A stretch of 58,155 nucleotides of DNA, counting the filler, from Basidiobolus ranarum (taxonomy: Eukaryota): NCBI GenBank assembly GCA_040143965.1. It is 4 parts of 4 records of this genome, joined end to end, with 100 filler letters (N's around TTAATTAATTAA, not from the genome) between each part and the next. Parts side by side here need not be neighbours in the genome. Positions count along the whole stretch, not along the records: positions 29,161 to 43,610 come from JASJQH010000424.1; positions 43,711 to 58,155 come from JASJQH010000425.1; 2 more parts are not named here. One strand, given 5' to 3'. The stretch's first letter is position 1, and every line of letters starts with the position of its first letter. Below are positions 37,434 through 49,300 of the stretch, one piece after another. The position numbers and the translations under genes are program-made. A model generated the notes under the pieces. That model saw only the letters and a list, made by a program, of their open reading frames with translations. It ran no database searches and was not told the origin of the DNA.

Positions 37434-38958
37434 TCATAAGATTTCCTGATCTTCTTCCAATAGACGGCGTTCTTCTTCAATGCGGTTTTGTTCCTCTACC
37501 AATTTCCTAATCGATGCAGTCACTTTCGTAATGTTTTTCTTGTATTTGGCTGATATAGGAACGATCTCTAAACCAGGGTGTAGTTTTTGAAATTCTAGGT
37601 AGTTCTTTTTGGCTCTTTCAGAAATATCCGCTTTGTTGGCGACAACTAAACTTGCTCTTTCAGTTAATCCATTGCTATACAATTCTAGCTCCTTCTTTAG
37701 CGTTTCGAAATCATTCCATGGCTTTTCTTTAGCCAGATCGATCACATAAACCAGTACTTTACTTCTTTCAACATGTCTCAAGAAAGAATGACCTAAGCCA
37801 ACGTTTTTGTGAGCTCCAGCAATGAGTCCTGGAATATCTGCTACGGTTAATTGATAAAAGTCTGAGTAGTCAATTGTTCCGATGTATGGATTTAACGTGG
37901 TGAATGGGTAAGGGGCAACCTTAGGATGTGCATTTGAGACAGCTCTCAAAAAAGTTGATTTGCCAGCATTGGGTAGACCCACTAATCCAGCATCTGCCAG
38001 TGTTTTTAGCTCCAGCTCCAGATAGCGGATGTGACCTAGTTGACCACGTTTGGCAAACTTGGGACTACGATTTTTGGATGTGACAAAATGAGGATTACCT
38101 ACACCACCTTCACCACCTTTACATATCAGTTGTACTTCTTTATCTTTATCCAAGTCTAATGAGATCTTCTCTACTAGGGTGATATCTGGTCTCTCGTGTG
38201 GTAAGAATTTTTGGTATTTTTCTTCAGTGGTGTTTCTCTCGTGCCAGCCAGGGTAATGTATGAGGGGATCTTCTCTAGGTTCAAATAATTTTGCATATCT
38301 CTGTGGGGGCTCTACTTCTCTTACGACTGTACCAACTGGTATTTTAAGTATGAGGTCTTTTCCATAATGGCCGTGCATTAATGCTCCTTTTCCATTCCCT
38401 CCTTTCTCGGCCATATATTTCAATTTTAACGAACCAAGACTTGTCTCGTCTTTACTCGTTTCAAAGTATATACTTCCACCACGTCCACCGTTACCACCAT
38501 TTGGGGGTCCTTTGGGTCGATACTTTTCTCTCAAGAAAGAAACACAACCGTCACCACCGGCACCACCAAGTACCAAGATCCTTTTGAAGTCCGAGAAATT
38601 ACTTCCCTGAAGAAATGTGAGAAAATTCACTGGTTAGTCGAGTGGTATAAAAATAATAAAGTTCGAGATTTTCACTATTCACCTTATCTCTCAATTTGTG
38701 CAAAGGGCTTCTAACTTTACGCAATGTATCTGTTTCTTCTGTCTCCTCCAATACGTCTTCATCGTTTATCTCATTTCCGGCTAGATTGCTCTCGGTTTCT
38801 ATCTCCAAGTGGTCTTCTGGTACCTCAATGTTCGTAGGAATTTCGCTTTGAGTTTCCGATTCCTGAACAAGGTTGTTATGACTAGGTATAGTAGAGGAAT
38901 ATCTTTTTATACTTTCAAAGAGGTTAACTCTTCTTGTCAATTTAAACCTTAATAGCAT
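37434..38958 (-). CDS. MTG2: Mitochondrial Obg-family GTPase (482 aa, 2 exons)
   Basis: Exons 38958-38683 and 38606-37434. Gly-rich Obg fold GGAGGDG..GGNGGRGG, GLPNAGKS, YPFTTLNP, DIPG, NKAD, ISA; basic N-terminal presequence MLLRFKLTRR. Confidence 0.93.
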
Positions 38959-39556
38959 ATTGAAAGAAAGAGTAGTTTGAGTTGAGTTGACTTTAGTCAC
39001 CAAGTAGTATAAATTAGATAAAACTCGAAATTTATTACCATTAAAAAATTGAATTCCAATGAATTATCATCAAAAAAGAAAAAATTTCTTCCATTATCTT
39101 AGTTTATAGAAAACTAATTTAAATAATTTTATACTTTCGTTCGTTTCAATGGAAAGATTTTTTCAAACTAGACTTGAAATGGTTAGTGATTTTATCTCAG
39201 TGCTTGATTAATGTGGATTCATTCAAATTAACTAGAGTTCATTTAAGTTATTCTTTAGGTGGTGTCAGATGCTTAGCCAAGTCTTCCCTTAACATTAGGA
39301 TAGTAATTCTAAGAACTTGATGGAGTATTGATATCATTGAATAACTCTAGATGTCTTCAGCATCACTCCCAGTTTGAAGGAACAATTACGGATACATATT
39401 TTAGTATACATCACAATATTCTGAGTTGAAAGAGAGATTTTGAATGATTATACCCATCATTCAGTTGATCAAGAATCACATGGATAGAATAATTAGGAAT
39501 TCCAGTGGAATTAATTCATTCCCAATAATCATTTCACTACCACCAAACCATTTTTC

Positions 39557-40596
39557 ATGTCTACACGAAGTTCCAAGAACGAAGAATTAGATACCAAATC
39601 CAACGTAAGTCTCAACAAAGAAAGAACTTTTTATTTACATTAGGTTATTATATTTTTTTTAAAAACAAAGTCCCCTCTTTCCCTTGTGAATCCTATTTCT
39701 GCTTTTCATTACTTAGTTGGTGTTATCTTAATTTAGGGACTTTTTTCCGAAAAAGATTGGAAATGTAACTTGTACGTCAATCGAATTTATACTCTTGAAT
39801 CTCTACTGAAGGAATGTTTAATTTATTGTTTTATTAAAAAATATATAGATGTGGTAACATTAACTGGGCTAAACGTTCCCACTGCAATCTATGTAATGCC
39901 AGTAAACCAGGTTTTACTCAAAGCACTGGGTCACGCGAAGGGCGTGGAGGTGGTTACATGGAACGACCAGAAAGAATAGAATATAAAAGTAGTCGAGATG
40001 ATTCCGAGTGGGATGATTTTGGAAGACGAAAAAAAAAGAAAAATACTATAGTTGAAAAGGAGACCTTCAAGTCGACAAATAAAGAGGATATTGAAGAAGA
40101 TGAAGATGGTGAAGATGATGGTCGTTGGGATGCTTGGAACGATATTTTACAAGATGAGGCGAAACCTTCTCAAACTTCAAAAGTTTCCTCTACTTCTAAA
40201 GAGAGAGAAAATCTTAGAAGTTCTGACGATAATAGTCGTAAATCTTCTCGAGAAACTGATATGAAACCTTCAAAATCGAGATATTCTTCTGGATACCATT
40301 CTAGATCTCGTTCACCTGCTCACAGACGTCGTCGTAGTCGTTCTCGTTCCCGCTCACAATCTCCCCAACGACGTCGTCGTAGTCGCAGTCGTTCCCGTTC
40401 TCGATCACCATATAGGAGTAGACATTCTACTTCTTATTCACGACAACGTGGTCGCTCCAGATCTCGCTCACCTCATTACAATAGTTCTCGTAGACGAGGT
40501 AATTCGCGTTCTAGGTCACGCTCCAAAACTCCCACCAAATACTCTAATCAACACAAAAGCAGCACTCGCAATAGAACCTCCAATCACCGCTATTAG
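39557..40596 (+). CDS. ZRANB2-like RanBP2 zinc-finger / RS-domain splicing factor (276 aa, 3 exons)
   Basis: Exons 39557-39604, 39737-39771, 39849-40596 give GLFSEKDWKCNLCGNINWAKRSHCNLCN...GRGGGYMER...WDDFGRRKKK, an acidic tract and an RS-rich tail. Confidence 0.88.
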
Positions 40597-40893
40597 TGAC
40601 TAAATCAAGAAGATATTTAAATGTGTTTGAATAATATGTATGCAATGAATGCTTGTAACAGTTCCTTATTGTATAATAGATTGCATTTCACTCGCAAGAA
40701 GAGTTATCTGAAGATATTTTCTTATTTGTTATACTAGTGAGGCTGGGATTTGATAGTGCTTGTTCAACGAAGCGAAGTGTATCTTATTCATTTGTTATTT
40801 GCCTCTTAGCTTAAAGATGTGAATAAGACAATCTAATATAACTTTATTTATATTCAAATAGCTACTCTTGAAAACAAAAAATTGGTTGCATTA

Positions 40894-41213
40894 TGTTGAA
40901 ATTAGCATTGCCTAAACACCTATATAGTCATATATAGCTTAGTACTTAGTTATCTTATATTGAACTAAGATATTATCCATTATTCTCAATTGGGATTTAC
41001 TTAGAAGTTCTCAGATATATAGATTTTTCAAAGAAGCCCCAAACCTTGCACACATGTTCCTGGGACCTTCCTTAACACATTCTACATGTTAGTTTGTTTA
41101 CATCTTGACAAAACTATAAATGTCAACTGAATACTCAATAAATCAACATGTGAAAACCAACAATTTCTCTAATTCTCCAAACCACTTCCAACAGGCTCCC
41201 AAATACTTTAACA
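40894..41213 (+). repeat. Solo LTR with 5-bp TSD CATTA
   Basis: TGTTGAA...TTTAACA flanked by catta at 40889 and 41214. Confidence 0.95.
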
Positions 41214-41477
41214 CATTACATATTGATATGATGATGACCCTCATTGACTAATACAATTCAGCCATAGTAATTCTGGCATGATGTCCATTTTGATAAACAT
41301 TCTATTCCTTTAATATTATTCAAATGATTCCCTTTATTCCTGCTTTATCAATCTACTGTGACATTGTCCAAGAAGTCAAATCTTATAGCATATCTCGGAC
41401 AAAGTCTATCAAGATATCACAAGAATTTATTGGTTATGAAAGCTGTATAGTTACCCTTGTGCTTACCTGGCAGATTG

Positions 41478-41795
41478 TGTTGAAATTAGCATTGCCTAAA
41501 CACCTATATAATCATATATAACTTGGTATTTAGTTATCTGATATTGAACTAAGATATCACCCATTATTCGATATCGGAATTTATTTGAAGATATATAGAT
41601 TTTGATAACTTGTGCTAGAAACCCCACACGTTGCACACATGTTCCTGGGACCTTCCTTAACACATTATACATGTTAGTTTTTTACAACTTGACAAAACTA
41701 TAAATGTCAACTTTCTAAATAAATCAATAAGTGAAAACCAACAATTTCTCTAGTTCTCCAAACCACTTCCAACAGGTCCCCAAAATTCTTCAACA
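41478..41795 (+). repeat. Solo LTR with 5-bp TSD GATTG
   Basis: TGTTGAA...TTCAACA flanked by gattg at 41473 and 41796. Confidence 0.95.
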
Positions 41796-43408
41796 GATTG
41801 ATGATATTTTAAAAATGAGTTTCTACCAATTCCTAGCAATTATTCAATGATGTGTGGCATCTAAAAGCACAAGTATCTGAAGTCAATGATCCAACGGTCA
41901 TAAATCACATCCACGTAAGAGAAAGCTTCCACTTTAGCTTCCTCAATAGATCACATATCATATGAAATGGTAAAAGACACTCATCGGATCATAGTGGGGA
42001 TCAATCAAGGATATACTCGGACGTTACCTCAGGTCAAGTGAGCCAATATAAAGCTTTAAATGTATAGCGATGGCAATATTGTTATTTTCAAACATGGAAC
42101 ATCCAAATCAATCCATCTTCATTCCAGACTAATGGTACTATCAATATTGGAACTGGACATGTAATTGGTAATATAGTTTCAAAGCCTCTTACTCAGTTCG
42201 GAATAAAGCAATATAAAGAAGTCTTTAGGATGCATTGGAGGCACTTGGGATAATCCAGAGATAGAGGATAGATACTTGTAAGGATGTGAAAAAAAATTGA
42301 TCTCGGAGAAACATAGCATTGATGGATGAAATATTTACGAAACAAATATTAAGTTTGAAATAAAATATGTGAATGCAATGTCTAGTACTTTACTTCAAGG
42401 CCAGTTGTATGGGTGTTGGATATCCTAATAAACAAGTGAACGAGTGATGATATATAATTTAGTATCTTGAAGAATTGATGTTTCTAGTGCACTGAATATC
42501 GCTACTTACAGTACTAAGATGAAAATCGCAAGTAAACAAGATGTCAATCAGCCATGAGGTGACTTGAACTCGTTTTTAATTTCCTTTACTTGACAAATGT
42601 CTTTTTCACCAGAATACCTAACCCTAGACATTCATTACTTTATGGTTGGTAGAGTATCGGTTTAAACGTGGATAACCATTGGTCTATTTTGTGGAGATGT
42701 CTCTTCGTGAGTTTACCTTTAATTTGAAAGGGGCTCGGTCACGGACACCACTACATATTGTTGGCTAATGAAGCAATTAAAGTCGAAAGTAAGGGAGTTC
42801 TAAATGAAATGAACAGGTACTTCTAATTATGTACAAAATCATCACCAAAGTTGGCGAAATTGCTTAGACTAGCAGTCACTTGAACTCCGGTGATCTCTCT
42901 TACCGCAACTCTACCTATTGACCGAGGCTAGACAAAAATAGTTAGCTTCTGAACTAACCAGTATTTTGATGGACAATCTATTGAATCTAGACCAAAGAAT
43001 TCTCCTATCTTTAATCAAAATAGAAACTTCTCCCATCAATGACAAGTGAATTCAAGATATATTTCTAGTTTGAGCGTTTAGCCTACTGTCACTCATCGCA
43101 TATTAATTAACGGAAATTACTTATCCCAGGATTATCACGCAGAATATGAAATTACCCCACTTTACCCAATTATTTTAAACCATCAGCCATGCCAATGACA
43201 TTCTAGCAAGAAAATATCAGGAGAGATGTTTCAATTTGAACTAGACCGAGAACAAGTATCCACTTACAAAATGTATTTCATCTATTTACAGAGATGAATT
43301 GTGTTCCCTCCTTTCAGGAATAAACTTCTATAAAGTAGTTAGAGTCCTGTTGAGTTAATAACAATTCGACAGCTTGTGAAAGTATCACAACTACCTTACT
43401 TTTACAAA

Positions 43409-43610
43409 ATGGAACGTATGTGATGTGTTGGTTGATGATTCTTTGCTTGGATGATTTTCTAACCATTTTTTTATTTCTTGACTAGACGGAAATGATTCTG
43501 TCTCTTGGATAACTATGGTGGCTGATGTGTTCATTTCCTTATCATACATGGCCATTCCCATCGAAATCTTCTTCTTCCAACGTACTCTCACTCTGCCACT
43601 CCCCATGGTC
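43409..43610 (+). CDS. ETR1-like ethylene-binding-domain receptor, 5' part only (truncated by contig end)
   Basis: Exon 1 ATGGAAC (43409-43415), GT-AG intron, exon 2 from 43486: MEHGNDSVSWITMVADVFISLSYMAIPIEIFFFQRTLTLPLPMV, aligning to ETR1 helix 1 SDFFIAIAYFSIPLELIYF. TATAAA near 43329. Confidence 0.78.
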
Positions 43611-43710
43611 NNNNNNNNNNNNNNNNNNNNNNNNNNNNNNNNNNNNNNNNNNNNTTAATTAATTAANNNNNNNNNNNNNNNNNNNNNNNNNNNNNNNNNN
43701 NNNNNNNNNN
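43611..43710. other. Artificial 100-nt contig linker
   Basis: N44-TTAATTAATTAA-N44. Confidence 0.97.
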
Positions 43711-43820
43711 CCTGTTGGAAGTGGTTTGGTGAATTAGAGAAATTGGCGGTTTTCACTTATTGATTTATTGAGTAGAAATAAAGGATTTATACTTTTTGGT
43801 ACAAATTTAGAAAACAAACA
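43711..43820 (-). repeat. Partial LTR at contig start
   Basis: cctgttggaagtggtttgg..gaattagagaaattgg..ttcacttattgatttattgagtag matches the LTR end, then diverges. Confidence 0.8.
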
Positions 43821-44339
43821 TAGGGGCTGTGCTCGGAATATATGTGGGAGTAAAAGTTATATAGGGTTTAATTCGGATGACTTCGAAACATCAAGTTCAA
43901 TGTTACTAATTCTTGGATAATTCACGTGTAGTAAATCAACTTTAATGCAGTAATTAAAGTTGGACAGATGATTCAGCAAATATCGTTTAAATGGTATGAA
44001 TGTATAGATGTTCGATATTTCTTTTACAAAAACAAAGCAGATAATATCATGGCTATGAATAGACTCACATCCGGTGTTAAACCGAATGAATAAGCAACAG
44101 TTTCATTGTATTGCAAGTATTAGCAATGGATTAAAAGTAAACTAGATTTCATCGAAGCATATTTCACACTTCCCTAAGGTAGTTCTTTATTATTTTGAGA
44201 AAGTATTTGTCTTCTCTAGTGTACAAGGTCGGTCTAGGATAGCGGGAGAATGAAGGTAATGCCTGAGGAGACTTACAGGCGATTAAAAATAGGTAATAAG
44301 TAAGGAGTTAAGGACAGAGCATCTCTCCAAGAACAATCT

Positions 44340-44415
44340 TTAAAACAGACGCTCAATGAAAGAAAAGACGGCTAAACTTAAAACAGATGCTCAATGAAAG
44401 AAAAGACAGCTGAAC
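44340..44415. repeat. 38-bp tandem duplication (2 copies)
   Basis: ttaaaacagacgctcaatgaaagaaaagacggctaaac repeated with 3 mismatches. Confidence 0.85.
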
Positions 44416-46342
44416 CAAGGACAACGAAAAGTAAGAAGCCAACGACATAAGGACTGGGTCCGCTTTTCTCGTCTTCCTCCTCCAAGTGAGCACTCTGTCC
44501 ACGCTTGTTGATTCTTTTGGCGTATTCCTTGTTCTTTTGACGCATAGTAGGAGTGGTAGCCTAATTATTCGTAATTCATTAGGTGCTGATTTCAACTAAT
44601 GTATGCACAATTCTAAGAAACTCACCATGATGATTGATAGAAGGTTGAACGTAAGAATCAAGTAAGTTAAAGGGATTCTCTCGAGCTGGGTAATTTATAT
44701 AAAAATCGGAAATTTCGATGTCAACAAAAGTGTGTCAAGTTAGCGACAGATACATCTACCGAGCACACAATACAAATACATATCACAAATCAAATTCAGC
44801 CAAGTGATAGATGTTGAGTTCGTATAGTGTTTTCTTGGGACAATAACTTGATTGATTGGTTTATGACAATATTTAATTTCTTCCAATTGAATCGGTGAAT
44901 TCATCCTACAGAATTCCGATCATCGTCTCATGACCATCGAGTTAAACAGTAGTTTTCTTAAACCGCTACTTAAACCAACTTGGCGTGAAGCGTTGTTTGA
45001 GTGGATTTGGAAACATTGTTTGTAAGCTAATTTAAACACTTTGTTCTCGACATCTCTGATTGGTTCGCCAGCAACCGCATTCATTTGAAAATGGAACGAT
45101 CAGCTCTACTCCATAATCAAATCCATAATCAAATCATCCACATTCTTATATCCTATAATAGATTCGGAGTAAAATCACATTCCAAAGCCAAAGCTATATT
45201 CCTAAGTACATTATTATATCCCTAAGTATGTTATTATACATATTATATCCCTAGGTATATTATTATATATATTCTATTCCTCAGCTATATTCCTCGGAAC
45301 ATCCCAACTGACTGGTGGTGCATAAAACCAATTATATACTCATTCCACCTATTCCAATGCTCTCCCCCACCGTCCTGTAAATGGAATTCAATATGGTTGG
45401 GCAATGTAGGGTTAGGGCTAAAGCTAGGATTGAGTGACATACACATGCTGAAATATAACTGCTCGATCGCTCACAAAGTAAAAATTTTCGTCACTAAAAC
45501 CAAGTCACGTTGTGGTGCTCTATTTACCCAATCACCGTTGAAACACCAAACAAAGGGTGAATCTAGGTTTTGAGGTGCTTTAGTATGGTTTGCTATTTAG
45601 CTTGCTTAGTATGGTTCGCTAGCAGCATGTTGGGGTGAGAAATGGTTTTAATTCGCACCCTGTGCCCACTCTGATCATATTAGGAAGTCACTATGGATTA
45701 ATTTGGTAGCACATAAGCCTAATATGCTCAAACTCCCGTCCACCGCAATCCATACATTTACTCGCCAAACTGACGAGCTTTTCACCCGCCTTGCACCCTT
45801 CCATTCCCCACTCTTTGCTGTATCCACGGTGCATAGACATGATATCGGGGTATGTGTGGTATTGCGGCCATTCAAAGTGATTAAAGGGTTAGGGTTTGGC
45901 TCCGAGACTGCTAAAAAAGAACAGAAAAATTGGATTGATTTGTGAATCGAATTCAGTTCACAGGACGGATCTTAGGGACAGGATCTAATAGGAATAGCAT
46001 TCCGGCTTTCGGTAGTACTTTTTTTTCATTCTGAAAATTTTTTCTTAAATCTACTGGAGACAAGAATTAGCACCAAGTTCGTGGTGTTTCTCTCTGCCTT
46101 CGACCTAGCACTCTACTCCAGGTTTTCATATTTGGAGCAAATATATTCGACATTATTTTAGGCCTAGTCTTCATCCCGCTCTTCCTTGTCTCTCCTTCCT
46201 TCCTTCGTTACCTTCTTCTCGACGACATATCCCCCTTGTTATAACACTTAATTTTGGTTTGAACCAGCTATTGCTGGTATATCGTAGTAGTTTCAAGCAC
46301 TTTAATATTCCTTAATTGGTCCCATTTGGTTGAAACACAAAC

Positions 46343-49300
46343 ATGCTTTCCTTTTCGCACAAGACGTTTGCTTCCCAGCGTAAACAACTACTCAGTGGGG
46401 TATCAAGGGTTCACACCTCCGTTGGTACCGGTAAACTTCCACCCACTCGAACTTCCCTTCATGGTAACTCCATTTTCCGAAGTGGTACACAAGGACGTTT
46501 CCTTAATAGCTCTACTACCAAAAAGAATGTTGCTTCAGTTGACCTAGCCAGAGCTCCACACCACACTACCACCGAAAGTTTACAAGAGATGTTGAATCCG
46601 TTACCAGAAAGTTTAACGACCGGTGGTAACAAAGACCTACTTATATTACCACGTCCACGGTCTCAGGATTTTAACGACAATAAATTTAATATCAACGAGC
46701 GTCTGGTAGTGATGCACGCGTGTCTAAAGACTGGTGACGTGGATCGTGCTCGTCGTTTAATCACAAGTTTATACAAAACCAATCCAAAGAAGATGTCGGA
46801 ATTGGCGGATATTCATGTTCATAATTCTTTGTTAAAAGGATACATAGAAAAGGGACCTAGACCACATATCGTTCAAGCTATGAGTTGGTTCGATACTATC
46901 AAACGTTACGGTCTATCTCCGGATTCTACTACTTACGCTATATTGATAAAAGGTTTTCTTAAAATCAATAGTGTAAATGCAGCCAAGGTCATTGCCCAGG
47001 AAATGTTGAGAGCTGGCTATACCTTGGAGCAACTCTATGGTAATCCACATCTGGATGATTCTGATCTTAAGAAATTGATCGGAATCGCCGAGGAACTAGC
47101 TCCGATCAAAACTGTCAAGAGCAAGCCTAAAGAAGCGGTAGCTCCTGTAGAGCCCACACCGGAAGCTTTCCCAGACATCAAGTCCAGTAATCCTCTTGGT
47201 GTGCGCATGTTGAGAAAGTCACTGGAAACCGCTAGTGCGACGTATATGGATCTCTATGAGAGACAATTGAAATTGGAACAACAAGCTGTCGAGGCAGAAG
47301 TGGCTCGTCTTGCCGAACTCGATCAAGGTAGAGGAGAAAACTCGGTCAAGCTTAGATCCTCACATCTGAAAAGAATAGTCCGTGATTGGCACAGTTGTCT
47401 TGTCCAGCGTATTCAGGAAGAGTGTCTTCGTGCTGATGACGATGGCAAGGATATCACCTCCAGCTACGGTGCCTTACTAAGATCAGTCACCCCAGAGAAA
47501 TTGGCGATCATCACCATCAATGAAATGTTGCGTTCCAACTCTAATGGAGACGTCTCAGATGGTATGAGAAGTACCCACTTACTATTGGCGGTGGGTAAAG
47601 CAGTGGAATTGGAATACCATTCGGATGTGCTGCAGAAAAGATCCAACAGTCATCTGCTGGATCGTCGCATACAAGTCCAATCTCTGTATTCTTCTGGAAA
47701 GCTATTCAATATGACCGTACGTCGTGCGGAAGCCAAGAAAGAAAGGGAGGCTATCGAGTCTGAATGGGTCCCCAGATGGACCAAAGAAATGCACATGAGC
47801 ATTGGCTCTATTCTAGTCTCTTCTTTGATCGAATCAGCCAAGGTTCCGATCAAACACCTGGACGAAGCGACTGGCGAAGTGGATATGTCCAAAGAAGATG
47901 CATTTTATGTAACACATCAGTACCAGCGTGGTAGACAGATTGGTATTGTGAAGCTTCATCCCAAGCTCATTGATATACTCAGCCAAGGATCTGCCCAAGA
48001 GGGCGTTCATCCTCGTCAATTGCCCATGTTGGTTCCACCCAAGCCATGGCTTACCTATAACAGTGGTGGTTATTTGAGTAGCAGATCTTTATGCATGAGA
48101 ATCAAAGGAAGTCCCGAGCAACTGGCCTATTTGAAGGAAGCCTCCAACAAGGATTGCTTGGCGGTTGCCTTGGCTGGTCTGGATGTGTTGGGTGGAACCA
48201 GATGGTTAGTGAATCGCAAGGTGTTCGATGTTGTGTTAAAAGTGTGGAACTCTGACCAAGCGCTTGCTGATATTCCTCCTGCGGATATTGACCGAGAAAT
48301 CCCTCCCAAGCCATCAGATTACGATGAGAACCCACAGGCTCGCTGGCAATGGATGAAACAATTTCGTGAGATTCAGAATGAAAAACGAAACAATCACTCC
48401 TTAAGATGCGATGCCAATTACAAGGTCGAAATTGCCAAAGCATTCTTGGATCAACCTATGTACTTCCCACACAATTTCGATTTCCGTGGACGTGCTTATC
48501 CCATCCCACCTCATTTCAATCACTTGGGAAGTGATCTTTGCAGAGGCATGCTTCTCTTTGATGATGCTAAACCTCTTGGTCAGGTTGGGTTGAAGTGGTT
48601 GAAGATTCACTTGGCCTCCCTGGCCGGTTATGATAAACACTCTTTTGAGGAGCGTGTTGGTTATGTAGAGGAGAATCTCAGCAACATATTTGACTCTGCT
48701 GATCGTCCACTTGAAGGCGATCGTTGGTGGTTACAAGCCGAAGATCCTTGGCAGTGTTTGGCCGCTTGCTTCGAATTAACCGATGCTTTGCGTAGTCCAG
48801 TTCCTGAGGAGTACTGCTCTCGTCTTCCTGTTCACCAGGATGGTACCTGTAACGGTTTACAGCATTATGCTGCCTTGGGTGGTGATAAAGAGGGAGCTCG
48901 TCAGGTCAATTTGATCCCTAGTGGCGCGCCAGCAGATATTTACACTGGTGTGGCTAACAAAGTGATCGAACTGATTGAGAAAGAAGCGGCCTTGGGTGTT
49001 GATAAGGCTCAGGCACTTCAAGGAAAAATCACACGTAAGGTGGTGAAGCAAACTGTAATGACTAACGTATATGGTGTGACGGTGATTGGTGCTCGTGCCC
49101 AAATTGCCAATCGTCTTCGTGAAATTCCAGAATTGGATTCTACAGATGTGTTTGGATTATCTACATATTTGACTCGTTTGGTATTCGACTCTCTTGGTGA
49201 GATGTTCACTGGTGCTCGTAATCTCCAAGATTGGCTCAATGAAAGTGCTAGAAGAATTGCCCGTAGTATTCCCGCTGAATTACTCGAGGAAGCTTCCAAG

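Noticed and set aside
44340-45295. Short tandem repeats as a CRISPR-like array
   Set aside because: Simple two- to four-copy duplications without unique spacers, in eukaryotic DNA with no cas genes.
45405-45897. AGGGTTAGGG motifs as telomeric or telobox elements upstream of RPO41
   Set aside because: Only isolated 1.5-unit copies, also seen in introns and intergenic DNA elsewhere; not enough to call.
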